Shown here: piece after piece, positions 1 to 8,805 of the stretch
Layout of the letters: every line of letters starts with the position of its first letter
Numbering within the stretch: the first letter of the stretch is position 1
NCBI GenBank assembly: GCA_023137195.1
Contig: JAGLPV010000042.1
Coordinates: forward strand, 1 to 32,743
Source: Candidatus Aenigmatarchaeota archaeon
GTDB lineage: Archaea; EX4484-52
Length of the DNA stretch: 32,743 nucleotides
Direction of reading: 5' to 3'
Position numbers and translations under genes: made by a program
Notes under the pieces: model-generated
The model's input: only the letters and a program-made list of their open reading frames with translations
Told to the model about the DNA's origin: nothing
Database searches by the model: none

Positions 1-22
1 TAAGGCTCTTTTATGATTATTT

Positions 23-784
23 TCAAATCCCGTACACTTTTTCCGCATTTTTTATTATTTCCTTTAACAATGCATCCTCATCCATCTTCTTCATTCCTGC
101 AATCTTTTTAACAGACAGCAATGTATTCCAAGGCATATTTTTCCCGGTATGATTCGGGTCCAGATAAGGTGCATCTGTCTCTATCAGCATTTTTTCAACA
201 GGACAGTCCCGGGAAAGTTTTCTCAACAATTTAGAGAACAACATATTTGTAGAAAACGAGATATAATAACCATAAGACAAAGCCCTTTCCATCACAGGTC
301 TTTTGCCGCTAAAGCAATGCATAACAACATTTTGCATATTTTCCTCTTTCAATATAGTTACACAATCATCTTCCGCATCCCAGGAATGTATTACAACAGG
401 CTTGTCTATCCTTTTTGCCAGTCTCAAAAATTCAATAAACCTCTTCTTTTGAATCTCCCGTTTGCCTTCATCTTTTTCCCAATGATAATCCAGTCCAATC
501 TCCCCGACACCAACAATATTATCAACATTCTCTTCAATATATTTTAATTCCTCTTCAAATTCACTTTCGCTAAGTTTAACAGCATCAATAGGATGCAGAC
601 CAATAGTCGCATAAATAAGACCGGGATATTTTTTTGCCAGACCAATCGCATCGCGATTCCACTGCTTGTTTGCCCCGCTAACAATTGCAAACAAACATTT
701 TTCCTTCAACTCCCGGGAAAATTCTTCAAAATCATCCTTGTATTTCACATCCTGTATATGGCAGTGGCAGTCAATTGTTTTCAT
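23..784 (-). CDS. tatD: TatD family deoxyribonuclease
   Basis: Motifs IDCHCH, GLHP, VGEIGLDYHW, VIHS, MHCFSG and ETDAPY. Start placed at ATG 784 (MKTID); the ORF track extends to 814. Confidence 0.92.
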   Translation of the reverse strand: MKTIDCHCHIQDVKYKDDFEEFSRELKEKCLFAIVSGANKQWNRDAIGLAKKYPGLIYATIGLHPIDAVKLSESEFEEELKYIEENVDNIVGVGEIGLDYHWEKDEGKREIQKKRFIEFLRLAKRIDKPVVIHSWDAEDDCVTILKEENMQNVVMHCFSGKRPVMERALSYGYYISFSTNMLFSKLLRKLSRDCPVEKMLIETDAPYLDPNHTGKNMPWNTLLSVKKIAGMKKMDEDALLKEIIKNAEKVYGI

Positions 785-823
785 AATCATTATTATAACA
801 TTAAATCCCACCAATATTTTAAA

Positions 824-1417
824 TTAATCGCAGGGTCCTATAGCAACATCAACAATCCCTCTCCTTTTCAGCTCAAAAAAACATTTTACGCATGCTTCAA
901 CATCTGCCGCAGCATTGTGAGCATCTTCAAAGTCCTCATTAAATAGTATCTCATAGAGTTCAGACAATTTAGGCCATTTATATCCATGATATCCCGGAAG
1001 TTGGCAAAACTCTTTTGTTGTTTTCATTGTGCAAAATCGAGGTGTATCAAAAAGAGCACAGGACATATTTTCCCGGGTTAATTCAGCCCCGATAATTTTC
1101 TCATCAAAAGCAACATTATGCGCAATTATTATCTGAGCCTTATCCACAGCCTCGGAAAAATTCTTTAATGATGATTTTAACTCCACTCCATTTTTCAATG
1201 CATATTCTGTAGTTATCCCATGTATTTTGGAAGAATTAGCAGGAATAGTATATCCCTGCGGTTTCACAATATGATTTGATTCAAAAATAAGCTTCTCTTC
1301 CTCATTGTAGAGCGACCATGCCAATTGAACCATCCTGGGCCAATTATCTACATCTGTATGCGGAGCGTTATAATTAGCAGGCAACCCGGTAGTTTCAGTA
1401 TCAAAAAACAAATACAT
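824..1417 (-). CDS. DEDDh 3'-5' exonuclease (DnaQ/RNase T-like)
   Basis: ExoI FDTETTG, ExoII AHNVAFD and ExoIII HNAAADV motifs. ATG at 1417. Confidence 0.88.
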   Translation of the reverse strand: MYLFFDTETTGLPANYNAPHTDVDNWPRMVQLAWSLYNEEEKLIFESNHIVKPQGYTIPANSSKIHGITTEYALKNGVELKSSLKNFSEAVDKAQIIIAHNVAFDEKIIGAELTRENMSCALFDTPRFCTMKTTKEFCQLPGYHGYKWPKLSELYEILFNEDFEDAHNAAADVEACVKCFFELKRRGIVDVAIGPCD

Positions 1418-1450
1418 ATTTACCGGAAAACATAACAAAAAACATTGTTT

Positions 1451-1621
1451 TTACTCACAGACATCAAAAGGAATCTTGTCTTTTTTAAATTCTTCTTCGG
1501 CCTGGTTGATAGGATTCATCTCTTTTGTTTTCACAAGAGGCACTACACCTTTGGATAATTGAAATGCTCTTGCGCTTATGATTCTTGTTTCCTCGTATTT
1601 AGTATATTCTTTTTTTACCAT
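1451..1621 (-). CDS. rpoK: DNA-directed RNA polymerase subunit K (Rpo6)
   Basis: Not in the ORF track (56 aa). Translated by hand: MVKKEYTKYEETRIISARAFQLSKGVVPLVKTKEMNPINQAEEEFKKDKIPFDVCE, which matches the YTxYExxRIIxARAxQ signature. The ATG overlaps the eS6 stop (TAATG). Confidence 0.9.
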   Translation of the reverse strand: MVKKEYTKYEETRIISARAFQLSKGVVPLVKTKEMNPINQAEEEFKKDKIPFDVCE

Positions 1622-2019
1622 TAAGCTTCCTCCTTTTTAGCTTCTTCAAAAAAACTCTCTATTTTTGCACTGCCGTGTTTTGTTATTTTACAGTTTATCT
1701 GTGCAATATTTTCAGAAAGTGTTGAACCGCAAACCATTTTCCTTCTTCGGACACCGCTTATTTTCTCTCTCACTCCCTGTCCCTTGGAAATCAAAATCCT
1801 TTTTCTTTCCATGCCGATAACACCTTTTCTCATTGGAAATCCATCTTTGTCTGTGCCACCAGTTACCTGGAATTTGTAAGCAGGAAAGTCAATGACTCCT
1901 GCATCAAAAACAGAACCGATTTTATATCCTTTAAGCATCTTCTCTTTTTTTTCTTTCAATTCTTTTTGGTATGTTTTGCCTGTCTTTGGGTCAGATACAA
2001 CAATCTTTATACTAGCCAT
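1621..2019 (-). CDS. rps6e: 30S ribosomal protein eS6 (S6e)
   Basis: Motifs VVSDPKTGKTYQ, TGGTDKDGFPMR, RRRKMVCG and IAQIN. Confidence 0.95.
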   Translation of the reverse strand: MASIKIVVSDPKTGKTYQKELKEKKEKMLKGYKIGSVFDAGVIDFPAYKFQVTGGTDKDGFPMRKGVIGMERKRILISKGQGVREKISGVRRRKMVCGSTLSENIAQINCKITKHGSAKIESFFEEAKKEEA

Positions 2020-2068
2020 ATTCTTTATTTTCCGAAATGTTTATATATATATCATTATTTATTAGTTT

Positions 2069-2851
2069 ATGAGCTCTACCGCAGTTTATTTTAGTAAAAA
2101 ACCAAAGTTAACAAGTCCTGTAATGATAGAAGGACTGCCCGGAATCGGTTATATAGGCAAAAACGTTGTCGACTATTTAATAGATGAATTAAAGGCAGAA
2201 AAGTTCGGAGAAATACTCTCTTCTTATTTTCCCCCGCTTGTACTCATGAATCCTGAAAAAAACGGGCTGATAGAAGAACTGAAGAACGAGTTTTATTACG
2301 TAAAAAAAGGAAAAAACCTAAAGAATGATTTAATTTTATTGACAGGAGACACCCAGAGCATAGACATGCAGGGTCATTTTGTAATCGGCAGAAAAATAAT
2401 AGAAGTTGCCCACAGCTACGGAACAAAAAGAATAATAACACTGGGTGGTTTTTCCACAGGTGCTCTTTCTGAAAAAGATCCCAAGGTATTCGGGGCAGGA
2501 ACAGACGAGAAAATAATCAAAGAATTTGAAAAATACAATGTCGTATTCAAAAAATCACCGATTGGACAGATAATCGGGGCTTCAGGCATCTTACTGTCTA
2601 TTGCAAAGAGACACAATATGGATGGCGTCTGTCTAATGGGCGAGACCTCAGGAATTCTTTCATCAGACCCAAAATCAACAGAGGGCGTAATAAATGTTTT
2701 ATCCAGTTACATAGGTTTCAAAATAAATCTGGAAAAACTAGACAAGCGCGCAAAAGAGATGGATAAAATTATAAAAAAGCTGGAAAAAGTAAAGAAAGGC
2801 ATGGTTTCCGGCAAAACGCAAACCTCTGAACAATTAGGTTACATAGGATAA
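2069..2851 (+). CDS. PAC2 family proteasome assembly chaperone-like protein
   Basis: Motifs EGLPGIGYIG, TGDTQ, ITLGG, IIGASG and CLMGET, with a C-terminal LGYIG. Confidence 0.88.
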   Translation: MSSTAVYFSKKPKLTSPVMIEGLPGIGYIGKNVVDYLIDELKAEKFGEILSSYFPPLVLMNPEKNGLIEELKNEFYYVKKGKNLKNDLILLTGDTQSIDMQGHFVIGRKIIEVAHSYGTKRIITLGGFSTGALSEKDPKVFGAGTDEKIIKEFEKYNVVFKKSPIGQIIGASGILLSIAKRHNMDGVCLMGETSGILSSDPKSTEGVINVLSSYIGFKINLEKLDKRAKEMDKIIKKLEKVKKGMVSGKTQTSEQLGYIG

Positions 2852-2853
2852 AT

Positions 2854-3789
2854 ATGTTTGAAATCGTCGTGTTTTGGATTTTCACATTTATAGCAAGTTT
2901 GTTTGTTTTAATCAAATCAGCAGATATTTTTACTAAAAACGGGGAGAAGATAGGCACGTTCTTTAATATGCCCAGATTCATAATTGGCGTTACAATCGTG
3001 AGTGTCGGCACATCCCTGCCTGAACTATCTACTTCAATTGTTGCGGCATTGAAAGGTCAGACCGAGTTTGTTGCCGCAAATGTAATAGGTTCAAATATAG
3101 CAAATATTCTGATGGTATTAGGCATTGCTTTGATGGTGGCAAAAAAACTAAACATCACATGGGAAATAAGCCACGTAGACCTTCCTTTATTGATTTCATC
3201 CTGTTTTATATTTGCGATCATCATTTTTGACGGAATAATCGTATGGCAGGAAGCATTGATATTGCTGATAGGATATATTGTATATGTATTCTACACAATA
3301 AAAATAACCCAGCAAAGAGAACCGGAAGAAAATACAGAATTATTAAGTGCCAGGACAGTAGTATTGTTTATAATCTCTATTTTCCTCGTTTATTTCAGCG
3401 CTCTGTTTACAATTGAAAGTATAATCAAAATTGCAACTTTACTAAATATTGGAGTAGATATAATCTCAATGAGTGCTGTTGCAATAGGAACATCCCTGCC
3501 TGAGTTAGTAGTATGTATTGCCGCCGCCCGCATGGGAAGAGCAGAAATCGCAATAGGCAATATACTCGGTTCAAACATATTCAATACTTTTGTAGTGGCA
3601 TCAATCCCGGCTTTCATCACCCCTCTGGCAGTCTCACAGGTTACAGTGAATTTCGCCCTTCCGATAATGATCATAGCGACACTAATGTGTTATTTCATTA
3701 CACAGACAAAGCAGATGACACAATGGGAAGGAGCAATGCTTCTTTTGATATATATTCTATATATTGCCAAAGTTTTTGCAGTATTTTAA
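2854..3789 (+). CDS. Ca2+/Na+ antiporter (CaCA, YrbG family)
   Basis: Two alpha repeats (GTSLPEL...NVIGSN and GTSLPEL...GNILGSN) and about 10 hydrophobic segments. Confidence 0.92.
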   Translation: MFEIVVFWIFTFIASLFVLIKSADIFTKNGEKIGTFFNMPRFIIGVTIVSVGTSLPELSTSIVAALKGQTEFVAANVIGSNIANILMVLGIALMVAKKLNITWEISHVDLPLLISSCFIFAIIIFDGIIVWQEALILLIGYIVYVFYTIKITQQREPEENTELLSARTVVLFIISIFLVYFSALFTIESIIKIATLLNIGVDIISMSAVAIGTSLPELVVCIAAARMGRAEIAIGNILGSNIFNTFVVASIPAFITPLAVSQVTVNFALPIMIIATLMCYFITQTKQMTQWEGAMLLLIYILYIAKVFAVF

Positions 3790-3962
3790 AGTGATAAAAA
3801 TCCGCTTTTGTCAATATGTTTTTAAATATATTCCTTTTATTGTAAATAACAATGTATGTAGTGTATGATAGATAGTTACAACAATAAAAATCCCGTTACA
3901 ACCCACTGGATTTTATTGTAGAGCATATAAGTTAAAATTACAGGAAATCAATAAAAAAGAAT

Positions 3963-4430
3963 ATGAAAGCAAAATTTTCATTAAATTGGATATCAAGCAG
4001 TCAGAGACGAAAGCAAAGGAAATACAGGTATAATGCTCCTTTGCACATAAAAAGAAAGTTTATGAAATGCAACCTTTCGAAGTTTTTGAGAGGGGATACC
4101 AAAAGAAAAAATATAATTCCGATTAAAGGAGACAAGATAAGAGTTATGAGAGGCTCCTTTAAGAACAAAGAAGGTGTAGTAAGAGAAGTCAACTCAAAAC
4201 ACACAAAAATTTATGTTGAGGAAATAAAGAAAAAAGGAGAAAAAGGCAAAGATATTTTTGTGCCATTGGAACCTTCAAATATCCAGATTATAGAACTGAA
4301 TCTTAAAAATCCAAGAAGGATAAAAGAGACAGAAATTACAAAGACAAAGACCAAAGAGACAAAAAAAGAGACTAAAGAGACAAAAACAGAGACAAAACAA
4401 AAAGAAGAAAAGAAATCCGATAAAAAATGA
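3963..4430 (+). CDS. rpl24: 50S ribosomal protein uL24 with a K/E/T-rich C-terminal tail
   Basis: Motifs SQRRKQRKYRYNAPLH, KOW GDKIRVMRGSFK and PSNIQIIEL. Confidence 0.93.
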   Translation: MKAKFSLNWISSSQRRKQRKYRYNAPLHIKRKFMKCNLSKFLRGDTKRKNIIPIKGDKIRVMRGSFKNKEGVVREVNSKHTKIYVEEIKKKGEKGKDIFVPLEPSNIQIIELNLKNPRRIKETEITKTKTKETKKETKETKTETKQKEEKKSDKK

Positions 4431-4966
4431 TTAAAATGGGAGCAGCAGGAAAATATATCAGGGAATTATGGCTTAAGCCAAAGAAAACTCTTGGCAATGT
4501 ATGGAAAGAAAAATTAGTACTTTTGAGAAAAAACCCGGCAATAACAAGGATTGAAAAGCCGACAAGAATAGACAGAGCAAGAGCATTAGGTTACAGGGCA
4601 AAACAAGGATATGTTGTATTACAGGTAAGCGTTTCCAAGGGAGGAAGAAAAAGACCCAAGGATAGCATTCCAAAGGGAAGAAAGCCAAAAAATTATGGTT
4701 TTGTTCATTTCACTACTGCAAAATCAAAACAGCTAATGGCAGAGCAAAGAGCAAACAGGAAATACCCAAACATGGAAGTATTAAGTTCATATTATTTAAT
4801 AGAAGACGGGAAGCACAAATGGTTTGAAGTAATCATGGTCGACCCAACTCACATCCAGATAATGAGAGACAAGAAAATAAACTGGATTTGCTTAAGAACC
4901 CACACAAGAAGAGTTTACAGGGATCTTACAACTTCAGGCAAAAATATGAGAGGTTTGAGAAAATGA
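4427..4966 (+). CDS. rpl15e: 50S ribosomal protein eL15 (L15e)
   Basis: Motifs RIEKPTRIDRARALGYRAKQG, KYPNMEVLSSY and KWFEVIMVDP. Confidence 0.96.
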   Translation: MIKMGAAGKYIRELWLKPKKTLGNVWKEKLVLLRKNPAITRIEKPTRIDRARALGYRAKQGYVVLQVSVSKGGRKRPKDSIPKGRKPKNYGFVHFTTAKSKQLMAEQRANRKYPNMEVLSSYYLIEDGKHKWFEVIMVDPTHIQIMRDKKINWICLRTHTRRVYRDLTTSGKNMRGLRK

Positions 4967-5673
4967 GTGAGAAAAGCGGAAAAGACGAAAAGAAAAAAGA
5001 AGCAAACAAACCAGACAATGCCATATTCGATAAAACACACACACTTGGAGAAGCAATAAAACTAGCAAAAGAACACAACGGAAGTAAAAAATTCAAACAG
5101 ACAATAGATTTATGCATCACAACCAAGCAAATCGATTTCAAAAAACAGGAAAGCAAGATAAAAGAAATAATATATTTTAAGAATAATACAGGCATAAAGA
5201 AGATTGTTTATGTCATAGGAAAGAATATCTCAATAAATGCAAAAGACACAGCAGACAAAGTGTTCAATGAATCAGAATTCATCAAGCTCGAAAAGGACAA
5301 GAAGCAAATAAAAAGTTTTTCAAAGTCCTATGATTATCTAATAGCAGAGCCGGAATACATGCTTAGGATTGCAAAATCAATGGGTCGTATTTTAGGACCC
5401 CTGGGGAAGATGCCATCTCCTCTACCACCAACAGCAGACCCAAAACCAACAATCAAGAAATTAAGAAACAGCGTAACAGTGATTTCAACACAGAACAATG
5501 CAATTCAGATTGCATTGGGAAAAGAAGACACAGAGGAAAGCGTAATAAAAGAAAACTATCACACAATAATGAGTATGTTAAAAAACAAGTTTCCTCACGG
5601 GAGCCAGAACATAAAAACTATTTACCTCAAGACAACCATGGGAAAGAAGATAAAGGTTGAATCAAAAATCTAA
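4963..5673 (+). CDS. rpl1: 50S ribosomal protein uL1
   Basis: Motifs KFKQTIDL, GRILGPLGKMPSP and YLKTTMG. Start placed at the ATG overlapping the eL15 stop (ATGA). Confidence 0.9.
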   Translation: MSEKSGKDEKKKEANKPDNAIFDKTHTLGEAIKLAKEHNGSKKFKQTIDLCITTKQIDFKKQESKIKEIIYFKNNTGIKKIVYVIGKNISINAKDTADKVFNESEFIKLEKDKKQIKSFSKSYDYLIAEPEYMLRIAKSMGRILGPLGKMPSPLPPTADPKPTIKKLRNSVTVISTQNNAIQIALGKEDTEESVIKENYHTIMSMLKNKFPHGSQNIKTIYLKTTMGKKIKVESKI

Positions 5674-5688
5674 TTAAATAAGATTATT

Positions 5689-6045
5689 ATGAACATAATA
5701 GAAGAAAAGCTGACAACAAACACCCAAACATTAAAAATTTTAGAAGACCGGGAAAAAAATCAGGAAAATCCATTAAGCAGGATGCAGATGATAAGCCTGG
5801 ATTTTTTAAAAAAAGCAACAGAAAAATTAAAGGCAAAAGAAGAAAACGGAATAATAGAAAAATTAAAATCAGAAGTTCCGGTGCTTAAGGAAAATCACAT
5901 TATTGCCATTTTGAACTGCCCTCCAAAAGACGAGGAAGACGTAGATGTACTTTTTTCCAAGGAAAGACTTAGCCTCGAAAAAGATTCAGCAGCAAAAATC
6001 GTAGAAATCGTGAAGCCTTTTTTTATAGAGATAAAAAAGAAATAA
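5689..6045 (+). CDS. rpoF: DNA-directed RNA polymerase subunit F (Rpo4)
   Basis: Size and pattern (IIEEK.., LSxxQxxxLDF, IxNxxPxDxEDVxVLFSKER, KIVEIV) fit Rpo4, though the sequence is divergent. Confidence 0.75.
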   Translation: MNIIEEKLTTNTQTLKILEDREKNQENPLSRMQMISLDFLKKATEKLKAKEENGIIEKLKSEVPVLKENHIIAILNCPPKDEEDVDVLFSKERLSLEKDSAAKIVEIVKPFFIEIKKK

Positions 6046-6348
6046 TTTTTTAGTTTATGAAAAGTTTGCTCTTTGGCAAACTTTGACCGAACAAATTAAA
6101 GTATTTATCATAAAAAACACAGAAGTAACTAAAATACATTTCCTGTGAGTCATTCAATGAAAGCAAATGTGCAGAAAATCATAGAGATTTTCTTGTTGTG
6201 TATAAACAATATATCCTGTGCAAATTTAGACACAACACAATAAAAGAGTCTTACACCAAATACTTCTTTTAATATTGTACTCCGAGTATAATACGACACT
6301 TTCATACTTTGGGCACAATGAATAAATCCTACACATTATAAAAAGAAT

Positions 6349-6473
6349 TAAATCCGCAGGATTTTTGCTTGCATTATTACATCCAATCTTTTATTGATAA
6401 TCTCGTGAAAATCTGTGTTAATCTCGTGGATTAAACCAGTTCCTGTAGGTTCCGTGCGTTCCTGTGGATTAAA
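6349..6473 (+). repeat. Intergenic palindromic repeat family, copy 1
   Basis: AATCTCGTGAAAATCTGTGTTAATCTCGTGGATTAAA (6399-6435) followed by TTCCGTGCGTTCCTGTGGATTAAA. Degenerate left arm AAATCCGCAGGATT. Confidence 0.85.
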
Positions 6474-6479
6474 TGGGCT

Positions 6480-6695
6480 TTATTTTTTCTCTGCCTTCTC
6501 AACACTAGCTTTTTCGTTCAGAACAACAATATGCGCAATATTAGTTTTCTTAACTTTTGTATTCTCGCCTAATTTGTACGTAACTTCTACAAAATTATTA
6601 TCCAGTATTTTTGTTATCTCTCCTTTCATTCCTGCAAATCGACCAGCAAGTCGGACACAGATTCTGCCTGTTTCTGTTATTTTTGCTTCACTCAT
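6480..6695 (-). CDS. rpl14e: 50S ribosomal protein eL14 (L14e)
   Basis: KOW-type motif GRICVRLAGRFAG...ILDNNFVEV...NIAHI. ATG at 6695 preferred. Confidence 0.8.
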   Translation of the reverse strand: MSEAKITETGRICVRLAGRFAGMKGEITKILDNNFVEVTYKLGENTKVKKTNIAHIVVLNEKASVEKAEKK

Positions 6696-7914
6696 ATATC
6701 TCACCTTTTTGTTTCTTTTCTATTTTCTTTTGGGGTTTCCAGTTTGCTTTTTTGTATTCTTCTATAATTTTTTCATATGTTTTTTTCGTTGTACTGGCAA
6801 TAACATTCCAGTTATATAATGTATTTACCTTTAAAAAACCATTCTCTATCATATCGTTTTTCAATTCTTTATTTGTCAGGATACTTATGACGCCGTCTGC
6901 AATTTCATCAGAATTTTCTACAGCGACCTTGTATGCACACCCGTCAGCAACTTCACAAAGACCACCTGCGCTTGCAACCACGACCGGTGTCTTTGCAGCC
7001 ATCGCCTCCAGTGCAACAATCCCGAATGGCTCATATCTTGAAGGTACAACTACAACATCTGCAATACTGTAAAGAGCATCAACATCCTTATCATCCAGGT
7101 AACCGGAAAAATAGACTTTATCTCTTACCCCCAGACCATGAGCAATATCCATGCACTTGTTTTTCATATATCCTTTCCCGACAAATACAAATTTAGCTTC
7201 AGGAACTTTTGATATTATCTTTGGCGCGGCACCAATCAACAAGTCCACGCCCTTCTCCCAGACCAGCCTTCCCACGAACAAAACAATTTTCTCAAAAGGC
7301 ATTGCAAATTTCATTTTAACGCTTTCATAATCAAAACTCAAATCATATTTCTCAGGGTATATCCCGTTAGGGATTACATCTATTTTATTTTCCGGCGTGT
7401 GGAAGCAGCTGCATATCGAATTTTTCATGAAATAAGAGCAGACTATCGTTCTCCAGCTTTCATAGACTAATCTTCGCTCAAGATCATCAATAAGTCTTTC
7501 TCTGTCCTGACGTACAGCTCCCCGCCTTCCGATTTCCATAGAATGGATGGTTGCAACCATAGGCACGCGATACATATGCTTTATAGATATAGCACTTGTC
7601 GCAGAAAGCCAGTCATGGGTGTGCAGTAAATCTATTTTGAATTTGTCAAATATCTTTATAATCTGGTTCTCCATCAACAAGTTCATCTCAAGAACCCATG
7701 TAGGAAAATCCTCTGCAGGAATATTATCTGCATTGAACCTGAAAATATGCACCCCGTCTTTTTCTTCATATCCTTCCTTGCCACAAAAAGAACAGGTGAC
7801 AACAATAGGAGTTAACCCAACCTTTACCTGGGCTTTTGTTAAATCTTCAACATGCGCCGCAATCCCCCCAACTTTAAAAGGAGGAAATTCCCAGGTAAGA
7901 TGCAAAACATTCAT
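6688..7914 (-). CDS. GT4 family glycosyltransferase (glycogen-synthase-like)
   Basis: Motifs WEFPPxxVGG, HTHDW, FVGRLVWEKG and PSRYEPFGIVALEAMA. Confidence 0.9.
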   Translation of the reverse strand: MNVLHLTWEFPPFKVGGIAAHVEDLTKAQVKVGLTPIVVTCSFCGKEGYEEKDGVHIFRFNADNIPAEDFPTWVLEMNLLMENQIIKIFDKFKIDLLHTHDWLSATSAISIKHMYRVPMVATIHSMEIGRRGAVRQDRERLIDDLERRLVYESWRTIVCSYFMKNSICSCFHTPENKIDVIPNGIYPEKYDLSFDYESVKMKFAMPFEKIVLFVGRLVWEKGVDLLIGAAPKIISKVPEAKFVFVGKGYMKNKCMDIAHGLGVRDKVYFSGYLDDKDVDALYSIADVVVVPSRYEPFGIVALEAMAAKTPVVVASAGGLCEVADGCAYKVAVENSDEIADGVISILTNKELKNDMIENGFLKVNTLYNWNVIASTTKKTYEKIIEEYKKANWKPQKKIEKKQKGEIYE

Positions 7915-8034
7915 AATCAAAAATGAATGTTATATTTAAAAGCATATAGTTGAAAATCAAATCTACATTTTTCAAGTGCAGAGAAATACAAAACAGAATC
8001 AACTATTTTTAAACATTCAATACAATGAGTAACT

Positions 8035-8652
8035 ATGATATCAACACAGGAAATGTACAAAATAGACAGGCATATCCAGTCGCTTGGAATCCCCGCCCAA
8101 ATACTCATGGAAAACGCAGGAGCAAACTCAGCGAGAATAGTCAATGAAAGATACGATTTAAAAAACAAAAACATTCTGGTGTTCACAGGAACAGGCAACA
8201 ACGCAGGCGATGGATTTGTTTTCGCAAGACACGCCCAAAAATACGGCGCAAACGTAACAGTTTTTCTTGCAAAACCGCCGGAAAATATAAGAACAGAAGA
8301 AACAAGAACAAATTATAATATTGCAAAAAATATAGGAATAGAAATCTGCGTAAGCACAATTCCCCAAAACATATTAAACAACACAGATATTGCCTGTGAT
8401 GCATTACTGGGAATTGGATTAAAGGATAATGTAAAAGAGCCGTACAGGAAAATAATAGAAATTTTCAATAGTCTTGAATGTGCAAAAATATCTCTTGACT
8501 GCCCGAGCGGGATAAATGCAGATACTGGGAAAACGCGCGGTGTCGCAGTCAGGGCGGATATGACGATAACATTCTATGATGCAAAAAAAGGACTTGACAA
8601 ATCAAATTCCGGCGAAATTATAGTGACGGATATGGGAATAAGAAATGGTTGA
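8035..8652 (+). CDS. nnrE: NAD(P)HX epimerase (stand-alone YjeF N-terminal domain)
   Basis: Motifs LMENAG, GTGNNAGDG, DALLGIG and SLDCPSG. Confidence 0.9.
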   Translation: MISTQEMYKIDRHIQSLGIPAQILMENAGANSARIVNERYDLKNKNILVFTGTGNNAGDGFVFARHAQKYGANVTVFLAKPPENIRTEETRTNYNIAKNIGIEICVSTIPQNILNNTDIACDALLGIGLKDNVKEPYRKIIEIFNSLECAKISLDCPSGINADTGKTRGVAVRADMTITFYDAKKGLDKSNSGEIIVTDMGIRNG

Positions 8653-8665
8653 GTTGAATGGCGGA

Positions 8666-8805
8666 ATGTCATATAACATATACCGATCTGTGATGTTTGC
8701 CGAAGGCAAATTTGGATGGAGCGTAGTGAAATCGTATATCTGCTGTTATGTTCTCATCCGAAGGATGACGAGGAGCAAGCGACGAAGAGTCGGACGGAGG
8801 CGGAT
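8666..8805 (-). repeat. attC-like/dif-like hairpin site A
   Basis: On +: TTTGCCGAAGGCAAATTTGG stem-loop, the unit AAATCGTATAT-CTGCTG-TTATGTTCTCA (8729-8756), and GAGGAGCAAGCGACGAAG, which resembles the matching segment of site B. Confidence 0.7.

Noticed and set aside
824-1417. DEDDh exonuclease as a defence or cassette gene
   Set aside because: It is tightly packed in the eS6-rpoK-exo-tatD run with no flanking site.
6061-6084. Hairpin AAAGTTTGC-TCTTTG-GCAAACTTT as another cassette site
   Set aside because: It resembles the central stem-loop only and lacks the flanking 11-6-11 units. It is more likely a terminator-type hairpin after rpoF.
6046-6350. Decayed tyrosine integrase in the 300-nt gap after rpoF (TTTCATACTTTGGGCAC could read FHTL-RH with a frameshift)
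   Set aside because: Only a 6-residue resemblance that needs an indel, and the other catalytic motifs are not at the right spacing.
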